A stretch of DNA of 64,000 nt, from contig OX597815.1 in NCBI GenBank assembly GCA_951406725.2, forward strand, positions 183,024,001-183,088,000. The letters are read 5' to 3'. The position numbers and the translations under genes are program-made. This DNA comes from Octopus vulgaris (Eukaryota). Shown piece by piece: positions 31,394 through 42,481 of the stretch (its first letter is position 1; each line of letters begins with the position of its first letter). Below the pieces are notes generated by a model. The model saw nothing but the letters and a program-made list of their open reading frames with translations, did not search any database and was not told the origin of the DNA.

Positions 31394-32054
31394 GAAAAAA
31401 TGGTCGCCAATTTCTTTGATGTTTTCTGGATTTTAATCTTTTCTTTGCCTGGTGAATCATCTGGACCTTCAGTTATGGTAGGTTATATTTTGCTTTCATA
31501 ATTTGATATCGTCGGAAGCATTTTTGATTTCAATCGAAGTAACGCTCTTTAAAGTCCACAGAATTTGAATCCCTCTGCTTAATATTTTTCAAACGTAAAG
31601 AATATGGTGAGTGTGTAAAGAAAACTCAGAAACAGAGATATAGTTTCAATTACGAAGCAAAGTCGGTAAGAAAGTTATTTTACAACTTTCTTTCTTCCTC
31701 TTAAAATTTAATCCAATCCAAAATAATTGTCCAGAATTTTGATTTTCATATTCAATATCAATGAGTTAATATCACAGTAAAGTTACCTTCACTTTTTTTC
31801 ACCTGCGGTCTGATAATTAAAAGTACGGGAGGAGCACAAAGGTCAATTAAATCTTTTTATCCTTAACAACGTAAGAAATTCATTGATTCTTTATTACCCA
31901 CTATATGTTAGAAATTCATATATAAAAATATTTCAATTTACCCGAACCGGGAATTGAAATCGTGCCAACGATAATACGTATTATTGAACACTATTCCGTT
32001 TTTAATTTTTATGTGCGAGTTTTGTGTTCGATACAAAATGTTACTTTTCTTCCA

Positions 32055-33000
32055 AGAAAAAAAATGTATTTTTTGCACAAACCGTTGTCTAGGTGAACGA
32101 TTACCACTAGAACCTTTCCTGCCCGGAACATGGAATATTCCCTAATGGACAAATCAATGTGAAGATTTCCGAATTAGCTAATTGATCTGTGAGACGAGAG
32201 GTGAAAATATGTTCTTGGATCCTTTGAGATCTCAATGCTGAAAAGATCAAATTTCACTCGGATCATAAAGGACTGTCTCGGGTGTTTTGTAATAATAATT
32301 TGGATGTTTGTCGTTAATGAGCCTATCTATCATGCTCAGAAGATTGAAGATACAAACTAATAAACCCCATCCCCCAACACTGAAATCCCCTAATCCATGG
32401 AGTGGAGATCTACTTTTTGACACCGAATCCATTCTGTCACATTCAACGCTAACTTTGCAGTGGCCATTATAACACTGTCTTCTTTTCAAATGAAGGTTTT
32501 CTTGGTATATACTGATGAACTAGTTAATAACCTATTTCTTTACTACCCACAAGGGGCTAAACACAGAGGGGCCAAACAAGGACAGACACACGGATTAAGT
32601 CGATTACATCGACCCAGTGCGTAACTGGTACTTATTCAATCGACCCCGAAAGGATGAAAGGCAAAGTGGACCTCGGCGGAATTTGAACTCAGAACGTAGC
32701 AGCGAACGAAATACCTGTTTCTTTACTACCCACAAGGGGTTAAACACAGAGAGGACAAATAAAGACAGACAAACGGATTAAGTCGATTACATCAACCCCG
32801 GAGCGTAACTGGTACTTGTTTAATCGACCCCGAAAGGATGAAAGGCAAAGTGGACCTCGGCGGAATTTGAACTCAGAACGTAACGACAGACGAAATACGT
32901 CCGGCGTGCTAACGTTTCTGCCAGCTCGCCGCCTTAGACTAGTTAATAACCATGCAAGGAATCACTACGCTATTGAGAAGGAAATTATTCGAATGCAACA
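32055..33000 (+). pseudogene. Highly decayed alpha-tubulin N-terminal relic
   Basis: AQTVV*VNDYH*NLSCPEHGIFPNGQI aligns to [43 protein letters not shown] aligns to ANNYARGHYTIGKEII across a SINE insertion. Confidence 0.7.
32533..32933 (-). mobile_element. SINE family A dimer within one TSD
   Basis: TSD ACTAGTTAATAACC at 32519-32532 and 32938-32951. Confidence 0.92.
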
Positions 33001-33374
33001 ATCTAATATTTTTGACAGTTAAGTCTTTTTTTCTTTTCCTTAATGACAAATCCCGCAAATTCTTCTCTTTTTGGATACTGAAATTATTTCATCAGGTTCC
33101 TCGCCACCAAGGAGTTCCTCAGCCAACATTTTAAGAAATTCCTGTCTAGATTAGAGTTTGTCCTGTTTGAATTGTAGCTGCTTTTCAAAATATAACAACA
33201 ACAAAAAACGTATCAATCAGGTTGTAAAATATTGCATTGGCCATCTTTGTCGTGGCGGTGAGCATACATGTGATTAGACGTTGAAATTTTGTTGTGTAAA
33301 GTGATTAATATCGCGCGAGGCGTTTGCCTCCACGTTTGGAAACCTTCCGAAGAAGGTGAATTGACCCTCTAGTC

Positions 33375-34778
33375 ATGGCGACTTACGCGGGGGTCACGGG
33401 AAAGAAAAATAATGATTCGGCAATAATCGTGAAGGATGTTTTCTTTGAGAAGAGTAAACTCAAAGAATATGAAAAACTATTCAAAAGGGAGGGTGATAGC
33501 GTGAAGCTAATCCCCCCCGCGAAAGCAAAAGAGGACAAAGAAAACAAGACTGTAACATATAGAACCCAAGAAAAAAATACAAAGAAACTGGCAAGAGTGG
33601 AGATAGCAGAAATCGAAAAATGTCCGGGAGACATAATGGGGAAATCGACCTACGTGAGTAGAGGCAAGAAATTTGGTACGGTGGAGGTGAGATATGCAAC
33701 GGAAGAAATTGCAGCCTCACTGGCTACCACTGTACTAAGAGCGGAAACATTTATAATGTGGCCCTCATACAAGGGAAGAAGAGGGGTCCGGGTTAAAATC
33801 CCGAATATACCCCCAGAAGTAAAAACAGAATGGCTGGCAACAGCTATTCTAGGAGCAGCAGAAGAGGAAGTGGAGGTGGAATCCTTTAAGGAGTCCAACG
33901 TGATAAACTGGAGAGGATATGGGGTGGAACTGTGTTTGATGGCCACAAAAGAGGACATTGAAAGGTTCCCCTACAGAATAGAAATTGAAGATGAGAAAAC
34001 CCTCAGTGTAATTGTAGAGGGAAGAAAGCCAAATTGCTACTTGTGTGGGACAAGGGGGCACATTAAAAAAGAGTGCCCGTTATACGAATTCGTAGCGGAG
34101 TGCGAGCAGGAGCTCGAGAGGAGGAGTGCGGTAAATGAAAGGGAAAACATAGAAAAGGAAACAAAACAACAAGAGAAAGGAAATAATAAGTCAATGAAGG
34201 AAAAAGAAATAAAAGAAAAGAAAGAAATAGAACCAAAACAGAGTCAAGAAAAGAAAAAGGAAAAAGAAACAACAGGAAAAAAACAAGAGAGAGATCAGAA
34301 CCAAACGAAAAGAAAAGACGGCACACAAAAAGAAAAAGAAAAGGAACATAAAACACGAGAGAAAGATAGAACAGACAAAGAACCAAAAAGACAAGAGAAG
34401 GAAGAGGAAAGAAAAGAAGGCAAAAAGAGAGAAAGAGAGAAACAAAGAGAGGAGAACAAGGAAGAAATAAGCCCGAAAAGAAAAACGAGGGAAAACGTAG
34501 GACGGAAACAAGATCAAGGCTTCTACAAGTTAGTAACCTTCCATTTCTGCCCTGAAATGAAAGAATTGACAAGTAGTACGGAGGGACATATATGGGTCGA
34601 CAGGATGACCGATCAGTGGCAGGAGACTGCTCTAATCCCCGAAGAAAGAGTCGCTGAGTTCCTCAGAGCTGCCGGTGAGAGTGTAACATTTTACACGAGT
34701 GTTCGAGTGAGAGAGCGGCTGCCTGAGGGCTCAGTGATAGACTTTAGAGAATTGAAAACTATCATGGAATATGTTTAG
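33375..34778 (+). CDS. Intact ORF1/gag-like protein (467 aa) of a non-LTR-type element lacking ORF2
   Basis: Intronless ORF in a good ATG context. CX2CX4HX4C zinc knuckle CYLCGTRGHIKKEC, RRM-like N-terminal region (FGTVEVRY, VRVKIPNIPPE) and a K/E-rich linker. A SINE-like 3' tail follows at about 34970-35013. Confidence 0.8.
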   Translation: MATYAGVTGKKNNDSAIIVKDVFFEKSKLKEYEKLFKREGDSVKLIPPAKAKEDKENKTVTYRTQEKNTKKLARVEIAEIEKCPGDIMGKSTYVSRGKKFGTVEVRYATEEIAASLATTVLRAETFIMWPSYKGRRGVRVKIPNIPPEVKTEWLATAILGAAEEEVEVESFKESNVINWRGYGVELCLMATKEDIERFPYRIEIEDEKTLSVIVEGRKPNCYLCGTRGHIKKECPLYEFVAECEQELERRSAVNERENIEKETKQQEKGNNKSMKEKEIKEKKEIEPKQSQEKKKEKETTGKKQERDQNQTKRKDGTQKEKEKEHKTREKDRTDKEPKRQEKEEERKEGKKREREKQREENKEEISPKRKTRENVGRKQDQGFYKLVTFHFCPEMKELTSSTEGHIWVDRMTDQWQETALIPEERVAEFLRAAGESVTFYTSVRVRERLPEGSVIDFRELKTIMEYV

Positions 34779-35015
34779 AACTGTGAGAAGAGAGAGAAGA
34801 AAGAAGAGAAAAAAGAAAATATTGTGAACTATGTGACGAAAATGTAACCTCTCGATTCCGGGGATCGAGTGGGCATTTGCATCTCATTGTAAATATTCTT
34901 TCATATGTCATTTTTACTTTTATTTTTTCCTTTTCTTGTCATTTGCTTTCTTATTTTAAGTTCCCCGATTGTACTGTCCCCTCTATGTTCGCCCCTCGTG
35001 GGTAATAATAAAATC

Positions 35016-35305
35016 ACATGTGTATTAATAACTGAACAGCAAATGAACGAAATTAAAGGATACAACGAAGGATGTGAGATATGGAAAGCGAACTATGACA
35101 CGAATTGCCAAAAGCTATAGATTATGAGGAACTAAAAATAATGGAATACATAATGGAATACAGAGGTAAAGGCAAGTAACATTTCCATTTAACACTTTCA
35201 TTGTTTTTTTCATTATATCATACGTTTTATTCTTTTTTTTTCATTTGTACTGTGTCCCCAAATGTATTGTATTGTCCCCATCTTCGTGTGGTTCGTCTCA
35301 CCGAA
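35016..35305 (+). mobile_element. Older 3' fragment of the same ORF1-only family
   Basis: AIDYEELKIMEY matches VIDFRELKTIMEY, followed by a T-rich UTR and a TGTCCCC tail-like sequence. Confidence 0.55.
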
Positions 35306-35836
35306 TAGCATCTACTCAGTTGGTCAAGTGTGTCCTAGTTTCCGAACACTAAAGAAAATTCAAGGGTCTGTTTCTTGATACGGATTTATTTTTATCTACA
35401 AAAAAACATTGTTGACAGGACTACAGCGACCCGATTTATTTACACACTTTACTTTTAACTGAAAGTTCAAACACAATATTTTTACCAATATCTTGGGATA
35501 AGTTCAAAATATAGTATTAATTTACAGCACCGTTGATTTATATTAAATATTTTTTATATATTTTTTTTAAATGGCTTCAACACAGGACTGCTACGGTCAC
35601 CTCCATGTTTTGAGGGTTAATGCCGTCTGTTTTTGCATGGTATATTTTTCTTAATTCAAATCTCTCTTCTTGAAAGGCCTAATCCTGGACTGAAGCAAAC
35701 CGCTTGGATTTTCAGTTTATTCGGTGCCATGAGTTAAACAGCTCTATTAGAACGGTGCAGTTCCTTCCAACCGTTCAAACTACTCTGCAACACTGATCGT
35801 GCGTTTGTCGTTGACATTGAATCAATTTGATATACC

Positions 35837-36068
35837 TATTTCTTTATTACCCACAAGGGGCTAAACATAGAGGGGACAAATAAAGACAGACATAGGTAAT
35901 AAGTCGATTACATCGACCCCCAGTGCGTAACTGGTACTTAATTTATCGACCCCGAAAGGATGAAAGGCAAAGTTGATCTCGGCGGAATTTGAACTAAGAA
36001 CGTAACGGCAGACGAAATACGGCTACGCATTTCGCCCGGCGTGCTAACGTTTCTGCCAGCTAGCCACC
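35837..36068 (-). mobile_element. SINE family A (3' part of the tRNA-SINE chimera)
   Basis: Full head-to-tail copy. Shares a TSD with the adjacent tRNA. Confidence 0.92.
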
Positions 36069-36083
36069 TTGAAATAAACTACG

Positions 36084-36156
36084 CGCCCGCAGAGGGACTT
36101 GAACCCGCGACCCTCAGATTGAAAATCTGATGCTCTACCGACTGAGCTATGCGGGC
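36084..36156 (-). tRNA. tRNA-Lys(TTT)-derived copy with TTC anticodon, probably a retro-pseudogene
   Basis: GCCCGCATAGCTCAGTCGGTAGAGCATCAGA-TTTTCAA-TCTGAGGGTCGCGGGTTCAAGTCCCTCTGCGGGCG. 73-nt cloverleaf with a Lys body, G73 and one T-stem mismatch. Confidence 0.9.
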
Positions 36157-36601
36157 GGACAAATCAATTTGATATATCAAAGAAGTTTGGATATTGATTT
36201 CCCAACATACATGAATTTACACCATCTGATTACGCAGGGACTTAGTTCAATTGCTGCTTCTCTGAGGTTTGATGCGTTTCTTGATGTTGATTTTAAGTTT
36301 CAAACCAGCCCGGTTCCTTACCGTCGGCTTCGTTTCTCATGGACTACATATGCACCAATGATATCTGATGAGAAAGCTTATGAACGACAATGTTTAAGTA
36401 ACAAATGCTGGTTTTGAAACCACTAACCAGATGATTAAATGTAACTACATCATAGAAAATACATGTTGTGGTGTTTTGTACTGAGTTGATATCGTCTCGA
36501 GATATTGTTGTTGCGATAATGAAGACCAATTTATCAACCACTAATTGTTGTTTAATGTGAGCAACTGGCCAAAGTGCAATGAGTTGCTTGTATTTCGAAT
36601 A

Positions 36602-36952
36602 TTGGTCTGGTCTGGGACTCCCTTCGGTCACGACACTGACCATGGGATTGCGCCTAGAAAGTTACCCTCCTAGTCACAAGTCTGGGCAAGGTGGTTTTAT
36701 AGAAGGCCAGCAGTCGCCCATGCATACCGGCCTCCCCTCTCCATGCCACCAGTGTTATCCAATCGTAAGGCAAAGGCCGATACAGCTTGGCACCTGTGAC
36801 GTCACAACTCATTTCTACAGATGAGTGAACTGGAGCAACGTGAAATAAAGTGTCTTGCTCAAGAACACAACACGCAGCCCGGTCCGGGATTCGAGCTCAC
36901 AACCTCACGATCGTAAGCTCGACGCTCTAACCACTGAGCCATGCGCCTTCAC
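36602..36952 (-). mobile_element. SINE family D (tRNA-derived) with TSD
   Basis: Minus strand GAAGGCGCATGGCTCAGTGGTTAGAGCG...TCGAATCCCGG head. TSD ATTTCGAATA at 36592-36601 and 36953-36962. Confidence 0.88.
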
Positions 36953-38272
36953 ATTTCGAATAATACGACAGCGAATACTGAAGCTTGGACTAGTTTATAT
37001 TATAAATTTCACCTAATGTTTGCCAATTAGTTTTCTGATCACTAGTATGTGAGTGAAGGCATAGAAAATGGGAGCTCGCTGAAACCTGAGGAGGTATGAC
37101 TACGTTTGAAAGATCATAATATGGCATTGTCACGGATGGCACAGAAGACGGAATGAGAAAATATTAATTGCCAAATCAAATTAAAACGAAATCCTAAAAT
37201 ATTAGTCTTTTTTTCAGCACATTTTATTTTCTGAGTTCTGTTTTTAAAATGTTCATTTGATATTCTCTTGAAATGCAAGAATAAATGAATTTTGGTTCTT
37301 ATGAAATGTCACAAATTTAAGCAGGACAGTTTGATAGCCTTAGACAATTTCATCTGATTCAATAAAGGCCTCCGAATTTGAGAAGGTATCTTCAAACCGG
37401 AGAAAGCCTGAATGCTGGCAGAAGACGAGATTCTAATTGAAATAACCAATGTGCCAGATGTAGTGTAAAACCAAGCGACGAATTAAGTTCAAGTAGGTCA
37501 TGGCAAGATTTGAACACACTTCAAACATTTCGAAAATATAAGGTTGTCCGGAAAGTTCTGAGCGATTTTTAATATGCAAAAGGAATATGAATAATTCACC
37601 TTTCAATATATTTTTTAAGTAAATGCGGCATTAATTTTACTCATTTGAAACTTTACACAGCTACGACTGTGGAATACGAACTAATGACACACAATTTACA
37701 AATTTGGAGCCTTACTCTGTCATTTTTTCTCAGCGAATTGTCATTTTATAATACTCATCATTTTGAGTCTTTGTTGATTTGAACCACGCATCAAGAACTG
37801 TAGAATAATTTATATCAATAAGTTCATTTTTTTTCTTTTCAAATATAAACTCACTTTAATCACCATGGGACGACATAGTTCCAACTGAATTACTGAGAAT
37901 AAGTAATTTTCAGCACCATATCAGTCACAGTTAGAAAAGCGGCAACAATTAATGTAAGAACCATGCAATAATTTTGAGCACGTTGTGTGTTCAGTTGTGG
38001 AAGCGTTGGTACATGAATCTCAGTATGTGACCAAGGTGGTTTTCTGAGTGGTGCTAGTGGTGTGATGCCCTGAGTGAGTAGATTGTAATAAGTTCTGCTG
38101 GAAACAAAGGAGTACGATTTGTGTGTATTGTGTATAAACTCTGTGTGTGGATGCTGGTTTTTGTATGTTTGAAGTATTTATGTGGGTGTAAGATAGGGTG
38201 TTTTTCGTTTTCCTCCTAGCCATAGTCCAATCTTAGTTACTCACCTCATATGATGTTGAAGGTAGATATTTT

Positions 38273-38503
38273 GGCGGTGAGCTGGCAGAATCGTTAGCAC
38301 GCCGGGCGAAATACGTAGCCGTATTTCGTCTGCTGCTACGTTCTGAGTTCAAATTCCGCCGAGGTCAACTTTGCCTTTCATCCTTTCGGGATCGATTAAA
38401 TAAGTACCAGTTGCGCACTGGGGTCGATATAATCGACTTAATCCGTGTGTCTGTCCTTGTTTGTCCTCTCTGTGTTTAGCCCCTTGTGGGTAGTAAAGAA
38501 ATA
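38273..38503 (+). mobile_element. SINE family A with TSD
   Basis: TSD G(G/A)TAGATATTTT on both sides. Confidence 0.92.
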
Positions 38504-39387
38504 GATAGATATTTTGGTGTCTCTTACTGGGTACATTCCTTTTTTATCAAAGCCTCCCCTGACATGGTCTTGCTTTTCTTTTGTGTCCTCTTTTCATATT
38601 GTTTGTCTATTACGTGTGGGTTTCCTTTTCCTCCTCCTGGCTGTCTGGCTTGTTTGCCGCCGGCTGTGCTTCAGGTTGCCGGTCCAGCGGGCACGTTGCC
38701 TTAATGTGTCCCGTTGGACCGCACCTGAAGCACCTTGGTCTTCTGTCCTCAATCATTATCCTTAATTTAGTGTCGTCTGGTAATACAACAAATTCTGGCA
38801 TTTTTTCCAGATCGTTAGTAGTGGCCTGAATTATTAGGCTTAAGCTTTTGCCACACCATTTCTGTTTACCTTTTCGGAAGCTTGGAGGATGGTTACATCC
38901 TTTACGTTAACAAATACGGCTAGTATCAGCCACTCCGTCATAATTTCTGGCGGAATTCCTTCGAGGGAGATTCTAGCCGTTCTTTTCGCGGCATCAACAT
39001 TAGCTCTGCCGACTTAAAGGTTATTATTATTTTTATTATTGAGTGTTCTTTCGCTTCCTTCTCTGATGCGAATCGCACCTTTACCGTGCCAAGCCTCTTC
39101 CATCTGTTGATCTCCTCAAATCTGCTCCATATTGGTTTTAGGCATTTCTCGAAGGCATCTCTGGATGCCATCTCTACCCACTTCGTTTTCATAGACAGTC
39201 CTAAGAATGGTTATCTTTTTTTTCGTCTTCCATCATTTCTCCTGGGGAGTATCAGCCTCACATTTGATCCCTCTCCCTGTAAAATTGAATCAAACTTCTT
39301 AAGTCCGGGCTGATGTTTTGCATCTCGTCAAAGGCTTCGCCTGCGTAACTGGTTCCCTCACTGTCCTCTTGTATGCTTTCTGGTACG

Positions 39388-39906
39388 TTAAGTTAAGTTA
39401 ATTTTTTGGCTCAAAAAGCAAAAAGCAAGGCCATGTAGGGGGACATGGAGTTATGTACAGGGTTGTTCATGCAAAGAGTTCAGGCCATTTCTGGTCAAAA
39501 GAGACTTTGAACTGAGCGGTCGTCGGCATCTTCACTATCTCGTCCGTAAGCTTATTCCACGGATCCGCAATCCGGACGGAGAAAGCCCCTCCCCTTCGAT
39601 TGAGATGAAATCGTCGCAGATAGAGCCTTTCGGAGTGACCCCGCAATTGACGCTCTGGAACAGGAGTGAAGAACAGCTCTTTCGAGAGGTTACACTTTCC
39701 GCTTATGATGTTGTGAGCAAGAATGAGATCACCACGACGTCGTCGTTTTTCTAGAGAATAAAGGTCGAACGTCTTCAGCCTTTCTTCATAAGACAAATGC
39801 TTGAGACCAAGAACCATGCGGGTAGCCAGCTTCTGGACTCTTTCGAGATGATGTATGTCTTTGAGGAGATAAGGAGAAGAGGCTTGAATCCCGTACTCCA
39901 ATATTT
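39388..39906 (-). mobile_element. CR1-clade LINE 3' fragment
   Basis: LEYGIQASSPY..KDIHHLERVQKLATRM..LSYEERL..LEKRRRRGDLI..RGH..WNKL; (TTAAC)n tail; GTACGTT on both flanks. Confidence 0.88.
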
Positions 39907-40187
39907 GTACGTTGACACAATACCTCAGCTTCATCCTTACTAAAGGGTTTACACAGTTTGTCCAATTCTTCCGGAGTCGAACACACGTAAGGGAAGTCCG
40001 CCACTTCTATATCGTGTAAAAACAAAACTTTTCACACAAAACTACTCACTGCTCACCCTTAAAAGGGGGAGGGAAACAAATATGAAAACAAACCTTCCGA
40101 AGCAGTCAATGTGTTAAAACAAATGACACAAAAACACTTAATTACCAAAGATAATCACAAAAGGGAAAACCTACACAAGTATAACAA

Positions 40188-40737
40188 GATTTCTTTATTT
40201 GGCACTCAGGCCACTAACATAGAGGGGGACACTACAAGGACAGACACAACACCACAGTGGGGACAGTAAGCATAAAACGGATGAGAATGAATATTATACA
40301 ATAATGAACAATGAAATAGCTGCATGGGCCCCACTCCTCATGCAGTACCATTGGAACGTTTTTACACACTGTTATTACAATCTTGTTATTTTATCTGGGG
40401 ATTTTTCCATTAATTATCATTTTTTTCTTCAAAAATATATTTTCCTTTCTCTCTCTCTCTCTCTTTCCCACCCCGCTTTTTACCTCTTTTTTTTTAACGC
40501 TTCATATACGGCTCCAGTTCTACCAGATCAATTACTGGTGGCAGTTCATTAAACTCCACTATCGCTCCGCCCGGGTCAATTCTATCCCTGCACTTGTCTT
40601 TAAGTTTTCCGTAGGCTACCTTATCGACCACCAAGCCCTTCACTCTCTCAGGGTACGTGTCACTGGGCATTTTTACTCTTATAGTGTGCTTGAACTTCAC
40701 GATTTCCTTCTCCACTTCCTTGTTTTCTGAATAAGTC
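40188..40737 (-). mobile_element. 5'-truncated retrocopy of an ORF1-only element with 15-bp TSD
   Basis: ORF end RDRIDPGGAIVEFNEL matches RERLPEGSVIDFREL. Tail TGTCCCCCTCTATGTTAG..AATAAAGAAA. TSD ACACAAGTATAACAA at 40173-40187 and 40738-40752. Confidence 0.8.
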
Positions 40738-40809
40738 ACACAAGTATAACAAACAAGTACTTAACAGCGATCATAATTGATAGATTAAATGTGTTATTTA
40801 TCCTTTCAA

Positions 40810-42245
40810 TAAATTTCATTCAATGAAATAATTTCCATTATTATTAATGACCTATGCCCATCTTTCAGGCAATTTAAATATTCCATCAGCATAAAATTTG
40901 GTTTTGAAGACAAAGTTATCTAAATGCAGTTTGACTCCATCTAAATCGTTAAATGTTTTCCTTTGCAATGAGTTATGTAGAGGCAAAAACAAGTGGTAGC
41001 CGGATGGTGCAATATCAGGAGAATATGGTGGATGGGGTAAGAGATCCCAGCCAAGTTCATGTAACTTTCTTCGGGTAGCCAAAGACACATGTGGTCGGGC
41101 ATTGTCTTGTTGGAACACTACCCCTTTCCTGTTCGAAATCTCCGGCCTCAATTCTTTGATTTTTGGTGGGTTCCAACTTAACCAGCTGGCGGCAGTACAC
41201 ATCAGCATTAATAGTCTGGTTTTGTGGGAGAAGCTCGTAATAAGTCTTTATGATCCCACCGAACACAAAGCATAGCTCTTTTGGCATGGATGTTCATCTT
41301 TGGTTGCTGTTTTGAGGGATCCTTATGCAAACTCCGGGGCTTTTTTCGCACTACATTTTCGTACACAATCTATTTTTCATCTCCAGTCACCAGTTGTTTC
41401 AAAAACGACATGCTTTCATTCCGTTTCAAAAGCATATTACAAATAGGATACCGGTCTAAGCAATTTCTTTCTGGGAGTTTGTGAGGGACCATACATTATA
41501 GCAAGAAATGTACCCTAGCTTCACTAGATGTTCATGAGCCATTTTTGTAGAAACTTCCAACTCCTCTGCAAGTTCTCTACTCGTGATATTTCAGTTTTCT
41601 TCGATTTTTTTTTCCTTCAAAACAACTTCATCCAGTTTTGAAAGTCTTCCACTGCGACTGTCATCTTCCAAGCTAAACTCTCCAGCTTTAAATTTTGCAA
41701 ACGGCCTTAGAACAGTTCATTCACCAACAGCATCATCATCACCATAAACTTTACAAATGTTTTTGCAAGTCTTTGCAGCATTTTCTCCTTTTTCATAAAG
41801 GAAAAGCACAACAACGCGAATATGACATTTTTGGCGAGCTGGCAGAAACGTTAACACGCCGGGCGAAATGCGTAGCCGTATTTCGTCTACCGTTATGTTC
41901 TGAGTTCAAATTCCACCAAGGTCGACTTTGCCTTTCATCCTTTCGAGGTCGATAAATTAAGTACCAGCTACGCACTGGAGTCGATATAATCGACTTAATC
42001 CGTTTGTCTGTCCTTGTTTGTCCTCTCTGTGTTTAGCCCCTTGTGGGTAGTAAAGAAATAGGTTATCCATGTCAAATGTTAAAGGGTAACCGGAATGGAA
42101 GATAGATCTATTTTTAGTCAGGGACAAAGAAATGCACTGCGACTTCAAGCAACACCGAAATGTTAACTGCTACATTTCAGGTGTGTTCAATGAAGTGCTA
42201 AAGGATTTAGCTTAAAAACGCTCAAAACTTTCCGTATAACCTAAT
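40810..42245 (-). mobile_element. Mariner transposon relic with an inserted SINE
   Basis: QQDNARPH, HPPYSPDIAPS and ELLPQNQTINADVYC motifs. TIR at 42213-42245 matches a TIR at about 37540-37572. Confidence 0.88.
41833..42060 (+). mobile_element. SINE family A
   Basis: Full core and tail, ending AAAGAAATA|GGT. Confidence 0.9.
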
Positions 42246-42450
42246 CTATCGCGAAGCGTCCGGTGCTCCATAGTTGTAAACAAATACCATCCAACGCTCT
42301 GAAGACTCGCTCAACTTGATCGTGCGAGTGTGGTGAGAGGAAAATGAAGAATAGACTCGTGTAGAAACAAAATAAGGAATTATCAAGCATTCCTGCTCAT
42401 ACAAAGCAGCTAACTAAATGCCTGTAAAACTACTGTATTTTTTTTTCTTT

Positions 42451-42481
<31 letters not shown>

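Larger units (their letters stand above)
35308..37167 (+). pseudogene. Alpha-tubulin pseudogene, nearly full length, interrupted by two insertions
   Basis: DRAFVVDIESI; [13 protein letters not shown]; [10 protein letters not shown]; [13 protein letters not shown]; LAKVQ; SNNTTANTEAW; YVSEGIENG. Many stops and frameshifts. Confidence 0.9.
38000..40170 (-). mobile_element. Degenerate ORF1 (zinc-knuckle) element related to 33375-34778, with nested SINE and CR1
   Basis: LKKFDSILQGEGSNVRLILP, LGTVKVRFASEKEA and IEDRRPRCFRCGPTGHIKATCP align to the 467-aa ORF. Boundaries approximate. Confidence 0.75.

Noticed and set aside
33266-35027. ACATGTG(T)ATTA as a TSD of the ORF1-only element
   Set aside because: Imperfect, and the right-hand copy lies within an older related element, so the 5' boundary remains undefined
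42295-42330. CTGAAGA-CTCGC...GCGAG hairpin
   Set aside because: Not followed by GAAA
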